Positions 29,499 through 38,654 of a stretch of DNA of 47,280 nucleotides are shown here, piece by piece. The position numbers and the translations under genes are program-made. Position 1 is the first letter of the stretch, and each line of letters begins with the position of its first letter. Source of the DNA: a virus (taxonomy: Duplodnaviria; Caudoviricetes); the IMG/VR virus record IMGVR_UViG_3300042510_000390, positions 1 through 47,280 of that record; one strand, written 5' to 3'. The notes beneath the pieces are model-generated. The model ran no database searches. It had not been told where the DNA came from and saw only the letters and a list, made by a program, of their open reading frames with translations.

Positions 29499-29529
29499 GC
29501 ATCAATCTGTGACACTTTCTGTGACACTT

Positions 29530-32427
29530 TTACTTTTGCTTAAACTTCCTTGCAGCGACAGCCTCATCAAAATCAATAGCCTCGCCAGACGTTGCTACGA
29601 CGCCGCTTCCGGACAGTTTATGAATATCAAACTCTAGTGCGTACACTGGTGGAAGCTGCACTGTCGTGCCTGTACCTAAGCGAACCATCTTACCTGTGAC
29701 ACATATAGGCGCACCTTGTTTCGGGTTCTCCATGATGTAGCCATAAGTTTTCAAGTCGTTAGTCATCCAACCTACATCAACATCGCTATCGCGGCACCAA
29801 TCTGCTAGTGCTTTACGCTCAACAATCAATCTCGGTTTAGCTTTATCAAGTACACGCCTTGCTACTGGTGGCGCTCTTAACTCTGCTTGTGGATGCTCTA
29901 ACCCGCTACGTGAATCACCAAATGAATCTGTGACAATCGTACGATTGATTAACCAACCTAAGAATGATGATAGGTACTCTGATGCTGAGAACGTTGCTTG
30001 TGAACGTTTGTTACGTAATGACATGATGTGTTCTTCAGCCCAGTCTTGCACAGCCTTCAAATCAAAATCATGTAAGCCCATCATCTTGGATAACTTACCA
30101 GCGAACATAACGGTACCGACTAGACGACGGTAGTAACGCTCATTCTCTTCACCGCCTTCTGGTGCATAACGCATCACGTACTTGTTACACTTCTCACCAA
30201 TCTCATCAGACTTATTGATAAGAGCAGTTAACCAGATACGACCAACCGTACCGTACTGTGTATTTAGTAATGTCTCAGCTGCTTCTTGATCACGTACAAA
30301 CTTCCAGCCTTTATCAGAATCCGTGTTGATACTGAAACAACGTAATGATGTAGCCTCATGTACTTCACGACGTACGCCATTAAGCACTTGTTCGAACGGG
30401 CTTTGGCATGTAATAAATGTTTGAGAGTTCCAATACAGCTTCGATATAGCACTTAATTCGCCGTTTTGTTTTAGACGGATTTTATTCTTACCAGCTTGGA
30501 TTGAGTAGAACAGCGCAGCTAGCTCATGTGGCGGAATACCAGTAATCTCATCGAATACAAACGGCAAATTCTTAACACGACCTAATACTTGAATACGTGC
30601 ATTGGATGTCGTACCTTCACCATTGGCTTGCATCTCAAGTGAACCCGGCGGCCCGTATATCGAGCATGCTACGTTTGCAACCTTCGTCTTACCATTACCA
30701 CCACGACCTGATAGACCAATCGGAATACCATGCCAACCTTCCAAACCCATGATCTGAATTAGAGGTGATGCGAAACCGGCTAAGATACAAAACTGCGCAG
30801 CTTCACCGCCTTTATGGTTGTACAAGTGATTTACTTGCGCTGTCCATTCAGCTGCAGTTCCGCTAACGTCGTTGAGACTCTTGCCGTGGGTCTTACCAGT
30901 GATACCCTCAATGTCTTTTACAACATCAATTTGGATTTCACTATCTTTAGTAATGGCTAAGTTACCGATAACAAACCTTGCGTTACCTTCATGCCATCCA
31001 TATGAATCATAGATTGCTGTCTCAATTTTGTTGATACGCAAGTTTTCAAGGTGTGTTCTTACATAGTCTTGTAGCATATCGAGTCCGTACCTACCTATTG
31101 TATATATCTCATGTGCTGCGAATGCTGCGCCGAGTAAATTCTTCTGAGCAATAAGTGATGTTTCAAATTCAAATGTACGCCATTCATTCTGGTATACCTG
31201 ACGCGATACACGTGCAACCATCACACCATCTACGTTTCTAACGCGCATCGTGATAATGAAAAGCTGTGTAGTAAATGGTACGTACTCAACAACACCATCT
31301 TTGTTGACCTTGGCTTGCTTCAGGAAGTAGCCGTCCCACTCAAACCCTTTTGGAAGTTTGAACTTGTCAATGACTGCTGTTTCTTCTGTGACACTTTCTG
31401 TGACATCTGCAACGATTTCAATTTCTTGTTCCTCATCGTTTACAACCATGCCAAGTTGTATAGGAGACTTTACTTTTTCTGCGTGCTTACAACCGTTACA
31501 TTTCTCAGACAGTTCACTAAAGTGCTGACACGTAGCTGGGCCAGAAGTCCAACCATCAATCTTTTTCTGTGTAGAGTCGTATGAATAACGCTCATCACCT
31601 TTACTCCACTCGTGAGCAAGCTCGTCGCCTTCAGTACAATTCTTAACTACACCAAGCATGGCACGCCATAGCGGTTCTGGTACGTCACCTTTTTTCTCAG
31701 CCACTTCTGCCAACGTAGGGCAGAACTTAATTACTTGATACGCTGATGATGGTGGATACTCAACTGGTGCGCCTAAGTCGTTAGACAATTCAAACAGCGA
31801 ACTGAACTTAGGTTTCTCAGGTATAGCGAACTTAGCTACGATTGAATCGAATATGGCAACGTTTACTTCTGGCGCATCACGTAGAACCTTAACAGCTCTC
31901 TCACCATTCTTACGCCATGTAGACCCTACTGGACGCAGTACGCTTGATGCATCTTTAGTACGGCTTGGGTCATGTTTGAAACCGATGTCATTTAGTGCTG
32001 TAGCAAAAGCCGATACGATCGGCTTCCATTGTTCTTTAGTTAAGTCAGTGTCTAATACCCAGTAGCAATGTAAACCCATGCCTGATTGAACAAGCATAGG
32101 TACTGGTAAACTGTATGTCTTACACATCTCAACAACAGCGGCAGCGGCTTCTTTAATCGTGCCATAGCTCTTATTCTTATCGGCCTTACCTACGTCAATA
32201 TCTAACCAGATGCTACGCATCCAGCCAGCGTTATCAGCCTTACGGCTACCTTTTTCTTTGTACGAGGCGCAAGCATGGTATGCGTCAAATAACTTACTGT
32301 CGTATTGCTTGATGTCTTCACTAAGCTTTTCTACTGTCTCGTAGAACTTATTGAATGTTTTACCTTCCTTAATGAAGGTACCCACGTATATACCGCAACG
32401 TGGGAGTATTTTGGATAAAAATTCCAT
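29530..32427 (-). CDS. Primase/helicase-like replication protein (DUF927-type)
   Basis: WLDID and SGMGLHCYW (AEP-like primase), Cys cluster C..C..C.H..KSPI, Walker A-like GRGGNGKT, FDE. Confidence 0.8.
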   Translation of the reverse strand: MEFLSKILPRCGIYVGTFIKEGKTFNKFYETVEKLSEDIKQYDSKLFDAYHACASYKEKGSRKADNAGWMRSIWLDIDVGKADKNKSYGTIKEAAAAVVEMCKTYSLPVPMLVQSGMGLHCYWVLDTDLTKEQWKPIVSAFATALNDIGFKHDPSRTKDASSVLRPVGSTWRKNGERAVKVLRDAPEVNVAIFDSIVAKFAIPEKPKFSSLFELSNDLGAPVEYPPSSAYQVIKFCPTLAEVAEKKGDVPEPLWRAMLGVVKNCTEGDELAHEWSKGDERYSYDSTQKKIDGWTSGPATCQHFSELSEKCNGCKHAEKVKSPIQLGMVVNDEEQEIEIVADVTESVTEETAVIDKFKLPKGFEWDGYFLKQAKVNKDGVVEYVPFTTQLFIITMRVRNVDGVMVARVSRQVYQNEWRTFEFETSLIAQKNLLGAAFAAHEIYTIGRYGLDMLQDYVRTHLENLRINKIETAIYDSYGWHEGNARFVIGNLAITKDSEIQIDVVKDIEGITGKTHGKSLNDVSGTAAEWTAQVNHLYNHKGGEAAQFCILAGFASPLIQIMGLEGWHGIPIGLSGRGGNGKTKVANVACSIYGPPGSLEMQANGEGTTSNARIQVLGRVKNLPFVFDEITGIPPHELAALFYSIQAGKNKIRLKQNGELSAISKLYWNSQTFITCQSPFEQVLNGVRREVHEATSLRCFSINTDSDKGWKFVRDQEAAETLLNTQYGTVGRIWLTALINKSDEIGEKCNKYVMRYAPEGGEENERYYRRLVGTVMFAGKLSKMMGLHDFDLKAVQDWAEEHIMSLRNKRSQATFSASEYLSSFLGWLINRTIVTDSFGDSRSGLEHPQAELRAPPVARRVLDKAKPRLIVERKALADWCRDSDVDVGWMTNDLKTYGYIMENPKQGAPICVTGKMVRLGTGTTVQLPPVYALEFDIHKLSGSGVVATSGEAIDFDEAVAARKFKQK

Positions 32428-32453
32428 GCTCTAAATCCCCCCGGTGAGCGAAC

Positions 32454-32471
32454 TAGTTTACTTGTAAACAA
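32454..32471. promoter_or_regulatory. Palindromic operator upstream of the primase
   Basis: TAGTTTACTTGTAAACAA in the intergenic region. Confidence 0.6.
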
Positions 32472-32479
32472 CTACACAA

Positions 32480-32737
32480 TCAAAGACATTCTTTAATTAC
32501 GGCAGAAAGTTCAGTCGCACGATCTCCGCTACGCGCTGAAACATCTAATGGTAACTTCTTCTTTGAAAGTGCTGTTCGCACAGCGTTTGAGATTAACTTA
32601 ACACGTTTCTGAATCAACGAATGAATGGTAGTACCGTTGTGCCAGTTATGTACTGTGGTACGGCTAACACCAAACAAACGGGATATATCGGACTTACTCA
32701 GGCCGGCGTCGTTATATAGTTCAACGTCAAATTGCAT
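32480..32737 (-). CDS. HTH DNA-binding protein (Cro/XRE-like)
   Basis: GLSKSDISRLFGVSRTTVHNWHNG. Confidence 0.8.
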   Translation of the reverse strand: MQFDVELYNDAGLSKSDISRLFGVSRTTVHNWHNGTTIHSLIQKRVKLISNAVRTALSKKKLPLDVSARSGDRATELSAVIKECL

Positions 32738-32805
32738 AAATATTCCTTTTGTTGTTAGTACCGGTTACGGTTCCGGTGTTGCATAAGCAACCGATTGCGG
32801 GGGGT

Positions 32806-33084
32806 TTATACTTCTATTGCTGACGCGCTCATACCTTTCGATACGTACGCTGCTTTTACGGTTGCCTCAATATGTTGGCATGCAATCTTAATTAACTCCT
32901 GATGCCCAAGAGTTGTTACGTCTTGGGCTGCGATTGCACGTCCTACTACTTCAGCAAAACCGATAATAGCTTCGAGTGGATGCAGCTCACGAACATTACT
33001 TGCTGTTGCGTGTGTAGCGACTTGAACTACAGCTTTAACTCGATTCCTATTGATTTCGATTTTGTTACTCATCGTCATCACCAA
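32806..33084 (-). CDS. Hypothetical protein
   Basis: ORF within the replication operon; exact start uncertain. Confidence 0.6.
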   Translation of the reverse strand: MVMTMSNKIEINRNRVKAVVQVATHATASNVRELHPLEAIIGFAEVVGRAIAAQDVTTLGHQELIKIACQHIEATVKAAYVSKGMSASAIEV

Positions 33085-34048
33085 GCATGTTGTCTAACTC
33101 AGCTAACATACCATCGTAGCTATCTACTTCAACTACTGGCGCAGCTTTCTTAGCAACTGGTGCTGGTGCAGCTTCTACTGGTGCGTCTTCCTCTACGGCG
33201 ACTTTAGATGTCGATGTTGCCTTTGCTAATACTGCATCAAGCGCTGACTTAGGTTTTGCCGCCGCCGCTGGTTTAGGTGCTGGCGCTTCTGCCTTTGGAG
33301 CCGGTGCTTCATACTCGTCAGCTGGTAACGCTGCAAACGAATTAGATTGACCAAGACCAGTGATGTTAGCCACTACTTCAGCTTCCATTGTCTGAGCTAC
33401 CAACGCTGCTGTTGCATCGTCAATAAAACCAACTGGTTTGAACGTCAACGCTGGGTGAGCTACTGAATAATCAAAACCAATCTTTGTAACTACAGCTTGG
33501 TATGGAACACCACGTTTAACTAGTGACTCGTTGTACTCACGTAATGTCTTCAATGAAGCTGCTGGAACACGTAACAACATCGGGTCATTCACTTGGCTTA
33601 CTGGAGCAATAGCGATACGACGTGAATCTGAACATGCCTTGCCTTTACCACCGTTCTCAGTGATACGTGATCCAAACTGGTTGTGTACGCAAGCTGCGCA
33701 CTTCTTAGCCTGTGGTTCTTGAGCATCTGCTGCTGGTGAAATACCGTCGTTAGAGTAGCAACTTGGTCGTGCTTCAGAACCTTCAGTGTAGCCACCTGTA
33801 TAGAAAACCTTAGAAAGGTTTGGATTAGCTTTAACGATTACAACTTCAATCGAAGCTGCTGGTTCGTCTTCACCCGGTTTTGTTACTAGCGTCTTTTCGT
33901 CACCACGTGTGATGTGGAATACCTTACCTTTAATTGAGACGTGTGGAAAACCACCGGAACTCAAACCTGATGACAAGTCGTTAGTAAGTTGGAACGCGCC
34001 AGCGATGTGCGCTGGTAATTTTGCTGAATCAAATGGGATCATTTGCAT
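33065..34048 (-). CDS. Putative single-stranded DNA-binding protein
   Basis: Cys-containing core, A/P-rich linker, acidic C-terminus (LGDDDE); AAGGA RBS; position among replication genes. Confidence 0.55.
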   Translation of the reverse strand: MQMIPFDSAKLPAHIAGAFQLTNDLSSGLSSGGFPHVSIKGKVFHITRGDEKTLVTKPGEDEPAASIEVVIVKANPNLSKVFYTGGYTEGSEARPSCYSNDGISPAADAQEPQAKKCAACVHNQFGSRITENGGKGKACSDSRRIAIAPVSQVNDPMLLRVPAASLKTLREYNESLVKRGVPYQAVVTKIGFDYSVAHPALTFKPVGFIDDATAALVAQTMEAEVVANITGLGQSNSFAALPADEYEAPAPKAEAPAPKPAAAAKPKSALDAVLAKATSTSKVAVEEDAPVEAAPAPVAKKAAPVVEVDSYDGMLAELDNMLGDDDE

Positions 34049-34063
34049 TTTATTTTCCTTAAA

Positions 34064-34447
34064 TTAAGAACGTCTAATGTTAACTAGACGTGTTTCAACG
34101 TAATTCACACCCGGTGGTATATCACCGTTTTCTTCCTTGTACTGCTCAACCGCTGTCTTGCTGGCGCGTCGTTCTAAAAACTCCCAAGATTTGTTTGGGA
34201 TAACGAACTCGCTAAGGAATAAATCCCAGTCAGCAATAGGTACTGAAACCCGTGTCGTTGTATATGCTGTACCGTTTGGTGTCTTTACGCTGCTTACACC
34301 AGTTTCTTCAAACTGTTTTAGTAGAATCGCTTCTACCTTATCAAGCATGTTGTCGATGTCTGCTACTTTTGCATCGTACTCAGCTTTGAATACTGCCTTC
34401 TTGTCACGAAGCTTTATGTACTTCGCAACAATCTCATCAAGTTTCAT
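34064..34447 (-). CDS. Hypothetical replication-module protein
   Basis: MKLDEIVAKYIKLRD...SVKTPNGT...LERR...IPPGV; AAGGAG RBS supports start 34447. Confidence 0.7.
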   Translation of the reverse strand: MKLDEIVAKYIKLRDKKAVFKAEYDAKVADIDNMLDKVEAILLKQFEETGVSSVKTPNGTAYTTTRVSVPIADWDLFLSEFVIPNKSWEFLERRASKTAVEQYKEENGDIPPGVNYVETRLVNIRRS

Positions 34448-34637
34448 CGTGTGTTTCACTCCTTTGTTGTAAATGTGTAAACAACCATTTATCAATTTCT
34501 TCTTCTAACCATGCCGTATATCTACTAGATAACTTCAGCGGCTTTGGAAACGTTTTATCATTCTTAGCTAGTCTAAACACGCTAACTTTATGCATGTCTA
34601 GCTTTTCAGCTACAGAGGCTGCTCTAAGAAGTTTCAT
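34437..34637 (-). CDS. AlpA-family regulator / excisionase
   Basis: LLR...VAEKL.M.K.SVFR....FPKPLKLS.R.TAWLEEEI..W. Confidence 0.85.
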   Translation of the reverse strand: MKLLRAASVAEKLDMHKVSVFRLAKNDKTFPKPLKLSSRYTAWLEEEIDKWLFTHLQQRSETHDET

Positions 34638-34643
34638 GCTTTA

Positions 34644-34672
34644 ATACTATCAAGATGTTTACATGTTGTCAA
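34644..34672 (-). promoter_or_regulatory. sigma70 promoter plus operator for AlpA (probably leaderless)
   Basis: TTGACA-17 nt-TAGTAT-6 nt-ATG; operator TTGACAACATGTAAACAT. Confidence 0.75.
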
Positions 34673-36234
34673 ATTACGTTCTCCTCTTGTACTAGGTCTA
34701 GCAACGATCCCTGAAGCTTTTGCTTGTTCTTCAGGCGCTCATAAATCCTACGTTCTACTGGTGTACCTTCAAGCATTACGATGAACTGGTTGTTCTTCTG
34801 ACCCGGTCTTGTGATACGCCCATTAGCTTGCTCAAACGTTTCATTTGATGTCACTGGTGCAAACCATATAATCGTATTTGCTGAAGTCAACGTCAGGCCA
34901 TGTGACATAGCAGCTGGCTGCGCTACTAATACACGCATATCATCCTGTGTCATAAACGACCTGAACGTTTCATCACGTACATTCTTACTAACCCCGCCAT
35001 GGATAACGCCTACTCGGTGTCCCTGTGCTTCAAGGTTATTTACTACTAAAGTAACTGAAGACCTAAACGGTACAAATATAATTACCTTCGCTTCGCTGGC
35101 TTCAATGACTTCATTCATTACCTCAAGGCGATGTTCAGCCCCGATACAAACTTCTTCACCTTGTGTGTCGTAAGCAACACCACATGCAATCTGTACTAGC
35201 TTAGAAAGCTTTACTGCTTCGTTTACAGCTAATACCTGACCACCAGCAATCTCCGTCTTAAGTGACTTAAGCATCTCTGCATACGCTACTTTTTGTTTGT
35301 CTGATAACTGAACTTCACGTGTCTCAAACATACAAGGCGGTAGGTCAATACATTCATCACGAGTAAATCTAATTGCTGGCTGCATAACACGTTGTACTGT
35401 GTCTACTGCACTCGGTCTTGCTATCCATGTAAACGGCCCAGCTTGTCGCATCACCATGTCTTTAAACTTGTTAAAGTAAGGCGGCACATTATCTGGAGCT
35501 AATAGTTTGCACTGCGCCCATGCATCTGTAGGCGCGTTAGGAGTAGGTGTTCCAGTTAACCCCCAAGCAATACGTGAAATCTTCTTATCGTTTACAACCG
35601 AGTTAAGTGTCTTCCACCTAGTCGTACTAGCATTACGTCCACACTGCGCAATCTCATCAACAATAACAATGTCAATGTCGTCACGCTTTGCTAACTCATC
35701 TTTAATAACGCCCAGACCATCGTGATTGATGATGTAGACGTCATGTGGGATAGCTAACAGCTTCTTACGTTTCTTTGCATCACCGTGTAATACAGCGTAG
35801 GTTAGATGCGTAAAGTTCCTGAATACTTCGTCTGCCCAAGTACGTTCAAGTGTTGATAACGGCGACACAACTAACAGTTTGTTAACTTTGCCGCGATCTC
35901 TTAAATAGTCATACGCCCAAAGCGTAGCTAACGTTTTACCCGTTCCGAGTGAGTTAAGAACAAAAGCTCTGCGATGCATAGTAAGAAACGATGACGTCTC
36001 ACGCTGTGCCATGAAAGGTTTGTTTCTGCCCGGATAGTCGTAGTAGTAAGCGATAGGCGAGGGTGCTTGCACACCAAGGTTACGTAACACTTTTACTTCG
36101 TCTAACCGATGCGGTACGGCAATTAAGTCCGTACCTTTCATACGCATGTGCTTTGCTGTAGGTATAACTGTCGTGTACTTCTCAGGCGATTTAGTCTTGA
36201 TGACCAGTGCCTTTCTATCTTTAACGACAATCAT
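34669..36234 (-). CDS. SNF2-family helicase
   Basis: GTGKT, IVDE, LTGTP, HGLTLT, QANGRITRPGQ. Confidence 0.9.
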   Translation of the reverse strand: MIVVKDRKALVIKTKSPEKYTTVIPTAKHMRMKGTDLIAVPHRLDEVKVLRNLGVQAPSPIAYYYDYPGRNKPFMAQRETSSFLTMHRRAFVLNSLGTGKTLATLWAYDYLRDRGKVNKLLVVSPLSTLERTWADEVFRNFTHLTYAVLHGDAKKRKKLLAIPHDVYIINHDGLGVIKDELAKRDDIDIVIVDEIAQCGRNASTTRWKTLNSVVNDKKISRIAWGLTGTPTPNAPTDAWAQCKLLAPDNVPPYFNKFKDMVMRQAGPFTWIARPSAVDTVQRVMQPAIRFTRDECIDLPPCMFETREVQLSDKQKVAYAEMLKSLKTEIAGGQVLAVNEAVKLSKLVQIACGVAYDTQGEEVCIGAEHRLEVMNEVIEASEAKVIIFVPFRSSVTLVVNNLEAQGHRVGVIHGGVSKNVRDETFRSFMTQDDMRVLVAQPAAMSHGLTLTSANTIIWFAPVTSNETFEQANGRITRPGQKNNQFIVMLEGTPVERRIYERLKNKQKLQGSLLDLVQEENVI

Positions 36235-36533
36235 TACTTACCTCTCTTCTCCCGTTTGGACGTCTGTGATTTCAAGCTACCATCAGAGTTACGTGCAAAG
36301 CTTCTATTTGCTGCTGGAGTTACTTCACGCGCATTTGATAGCGCGTTCTTACCACCTTTCGATAGTGGGTCGATGTGGTCTAAATCCATACCGTCGCTAA
36401 CAGATGCCTTACCAGCTTTAACAGCTTCACGTCGTAACTTGTGACGCTCTGCATCACCTTTATTCTCACCGCGGTTAGCTGCAGTTTTGGCCTCTTGTTT
36501 GTAATCTCGTTTATAGTTTTTGCTGCTTGGCAT
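36234..36533 (-). CDS. HNH endonuclease
   Basis: DLDHIDPLSKGG.N..SN......NRS. Confidence 0.8.
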   Translation of the reverse strand: MPSSKNYKRDYKQEAKTAANRGENKGDAERHKLRREAVKAGKASVSDGMDLDHIDPLSKGGKNALSNAREVTPAANRSFARNSDGSLKSQTSKREKRGK

Positions 36534-36543
36534 AAGCTTCTCC

Positions 36544-36774
36544 TTAAAGTTTCATAGCCATTCTATGTATGTAACGGTTGAACCAGCGACGTATCGTGTA
36601 ACTTCGTGCTACTGATATAACCGTGAAAATTAATCCCATGTTGAAGGCTTGTACGCCTGTTACATGAAACCCAAACAAGGGCAGTATCAAAAGATTAGCT
36701 ACCCAATTAATTGCAAAGCCGATTGCTACGTTTACTAGCGCTTCTACAAAACTACCTACTTTACTTTGAGTCAT
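36544..36774 (-). CDS. Small two-TM phage protein
   Basis: QSK..SFVEA..NVAIGF...S.ARSY..RRWFN. Confidence 0.7.
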   Translation of the reverse strand: MTQSKVGSFVEALVNVAIGFAINWVANLLILPLFGFHVTGVQAFNMGLIFTVISVARSYTIRRWFNRYIHRMAMKL

Positions 36775-36877
36775 TGATGCTCTCCCAAACTGCCACTGCC
36801 CACAGGTACACTAAACATACTGGCACCCATATAGGCGATAGGAATATCAACACGATCAGCTTAGTACGTATGCTCAT
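36761..36877 (-). CDS. Small hydrophobic peptide (38 aa); not in the ORF track
   Basis: MSIRTKLIVLIFLSPIWVPVCLVYLWAVAVWESINDSK; GGAG upstream. Confidence 0.4.
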   Translation of the reverse strand: MSIRTKLIVLIFLSPIWVPVCLVYLWAVAVWESINDSK

Positions 36878-36926
36878 AAAGGTAGGCTCCAAAGGTTTAT
36901 CGGTCGTAACGTTAGTTCGTACCAAT

Positions 36927-37328
36927 CTACTTTTTTGTGTTCATCCATTGTGTAGGTCTATCGTCGCCTTCTCTGTACGTTGTGCTGTAAAGTGTCAACA
37001 TACGTAAATTACACATAGCATGGGCTAAATGCGGTAGACCACTCTCAGGGTCATTCTCTTCACCGCGCTGCCAAGCAGCCATGTGTCGCATAGCGCAAGC
37101 AAAAGGTACAGACCAATCCATACCCTTAGCCCAATTCCACGCAGCGTACTTTCTTTTACCGTATTCCCACACCCTAGCTTCGTCTTCTAGCGTACACATT
37201 GGGATTAACGACATGTCAGGCTTGCCACCGTTATATCGTGCGCCGCTGCCTTTCTCTGTACTGTTTACATCGCCAATTGAGTTAGCCATATTCAATGCTT
37301 CCGCATTCTCATTAACGTGTTTACGCAT
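36927..37328 (-). CDS. dATP/dGTP diphosphohydrolase domain protein (DUF5664-like)
   Basis: GKPDMSLIP, YGKRKYAAWNW.KG, AMRH...W..GE..DPESGLPHLAHA; start uncertain (37328 or 37289). Confidence 0.85.
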   Translation of the reverse strand: MRKHVNENAEALNMANSIGDVNSTEKGSGARYNGGKPDMSLIPMCTLEDEARVWEYGKRKYAAWNWAKGMDWSVPFACAMRHMAAWQRGEENDPESGLPHLAHAMCNLRMLTLYSTTYREGDDRPTQWMNTKK

Positions 37329-37626
37329 TAACAAGTATCTCCCATAGTTCATCAAGTTGCTTAACATCATCAACCACAATAGCTATACCCCTTGCAGTCT
37401 GAATCTCGTGGATTCTAGCTTGCTGGTTAGGTGTTAAATTGCTGCGCTTTCCGGGCGCTTTCGTTTCAATAGCTAGGAACTTCCCTGACGGTGGAACGCA
37501 ACATAAGAAGTCTGGCGTACCAACAACTCCCATGCCGTTCTGTACAGGGCAGAACCAATAAATACCTTTAGTCTTTAGCCAAAGTTTTACTTTTGATTTT
37601 ACTTTTGCTTCTGGTGTTGCAGCCAA
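37321..37626 (-). CDS. VRR-NUC domain nuclease
   Basis: TPEAKVK, GTPDF, AIETKA, TPNQ; TTG start with GGAGG. Confidence 0.85.
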   Translation of the reverse strand: MAATPEAKVKSKVKLWLKTKGIYWFCPVQNGMGVVGTPDFLCCVPPSGKFLAIETKAPGKRSNLTPNQQARIHEIQTARGIAIVVDDVKQLDELWEILVNA

Positions 37627-37640
37627 TTAAACCTCCGTGT

Positions 37641-37802
37641 CTATGTTAGCGGACTCCACGCTCCGTACGTGTCCATCAACTGCTCCATACGCAGTGCTAG
37701 TTCAAGCTCCAGCTCGTTCGTATCAACCTTATTGAAAACCAGTCGAACAAGCTCGTCATTCGTATAGTTTATATATTTAGTCACTACTTGCGGCGTACTC
37801 AT
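37641..37802 (-). CDS. Small hypothetical protein (53 aa); not in the ORF track
   Basis: MSTPQVV..TNDELVRL..ELELALRME; ATGA overlap. Confidence 0.55.
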   Translation of the reverse strand: MSTPQVVTKYINYTNDELVRLVFNKVDTNELELELALRMEQLMDTYGAWSPLT

Positions 37803-38011
37803 TGTTTGGCATCCTTTATAAGTTTGTATCCAGAAGATATTGCTTTTTCTAGACTTGTTTCAAAGTCGCATAGGTCTCCACGTAACTTCACTGTTTGAGC
37901 TGCTTTGTTAAACTTCAAGACCTTGAACTCTTTGTAAGTAAGTATATTCCCAGCTTCATCAGCTGTCGTTCTAATCAGTGTATATTTAGCCCTTGCCACT
38001 TCGTCTCCCAT
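37799..38011 (-). CDS. Hypothetical protein
   Basis: ORF overlapping both neighbours in the operon. Confidence 0.55.
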   Translation of the reverse strand: MGDEVARAKYTLIRTTADEAGNILTYKEFKVLKFNKAAQTVKLRGDLCDFETSLEKAISSGYKLIKDAKQ

Positions 38012-38654
38012 TAAACTCGCAGCCAGTACAAGGACACCACGCCTTACACAACCCTGATGGTTTAGGTTCCCATTTGCTCTTCACATATGCATTCTCAAGA
38101 CGCTGTACGCGTGGAAGGAAATCTTGCCACAACACAGGTACTTGTTCACGTGTAAACACCTCTTGGTCGACTTTGTTATCTTTAAGCCACACGAATCCAG
38201 TTCGAACTTCTTCAACCCATGGGTACGTGTGCATCGCCAATAACCCCATCAACTTCAGCTGGTCACTGTCTGCTTTACGCTTACCAGTTTTCCAGTCAAA
38301 CAAATACGCCTTCTTAGTATCAACGATACCCAAGTCGACGATACCTCTAGCCCACGACTTACTCCAGTCAGTAGGTGCGAAGTTACTATCAATCGCCATC
38401 TTTTCTTCAACTAGACGGCGACCATCTCGTGCAACAATCTTATCAACCAACGGCTCATAAGACTTAATAGCTTCAGGTAATGGCTGCCCACTCTTAGCCC
38501 TGTTTTCTAAGGCTTGGTGGACGGTGTTTCCCCAAATTGTAGCCTCTGTTTGAGGCTCTTTAATCTCACGCGTCACTTTAGTTTGGTAGTAACGACGCGG
38601 ACATGTTTCAAAAGACGTTAGAGTGCTATGACTCCATGGGGGCATTATAGCCAT
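37986..38654 (-). CDS. PD-(D/E)XK exonuclease (RecB/Cas4-like)
   Basis: WSHS.L..FE.CP, G..VH, VDL...DWKTGK, QL, C..CP...C; start approximate. Confidence 0.85.
   Translation of the reverse strand: MAIMPPWSHSTLTSFETCPRRYYQTKVTREIKEPQTEATIWGNTVHQALENRAKSGQPLPEAIKSYEPLVDKIVARDGRRLVEEKMAIDSNFAPTDWSKSWARGIVDLGIVDTKKAYLFDWKTGKRKADSDQLKLMGLLAMHTYPWVEEVRTGFVWLKDNKVDQEVFTREQVPVLWQDFLPRVQRLENAYVKSKWEPKPSGLCKAWCPCTGCEFNGRRSGKG

Larger units (their letters stand above)
29285..29526. mobile_element. attP region
   Basis: tRNA-Arg 3' half as core, flanked by TCTGTGACA pairs (29285/29297 and 29506/29518) and IHF consensus WATCAANNNNTTR (29351-63 minus, 29464-76 plus); adjacent to int. Confidence 0.85.

Noticed and set aside
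37986-38654. CRISPR-Cas system suggested by the Cas4-like nuclease
   Set aside because: No repeat-spacer array or other cas genes seen; this exonuclease type is common in phage replication modules
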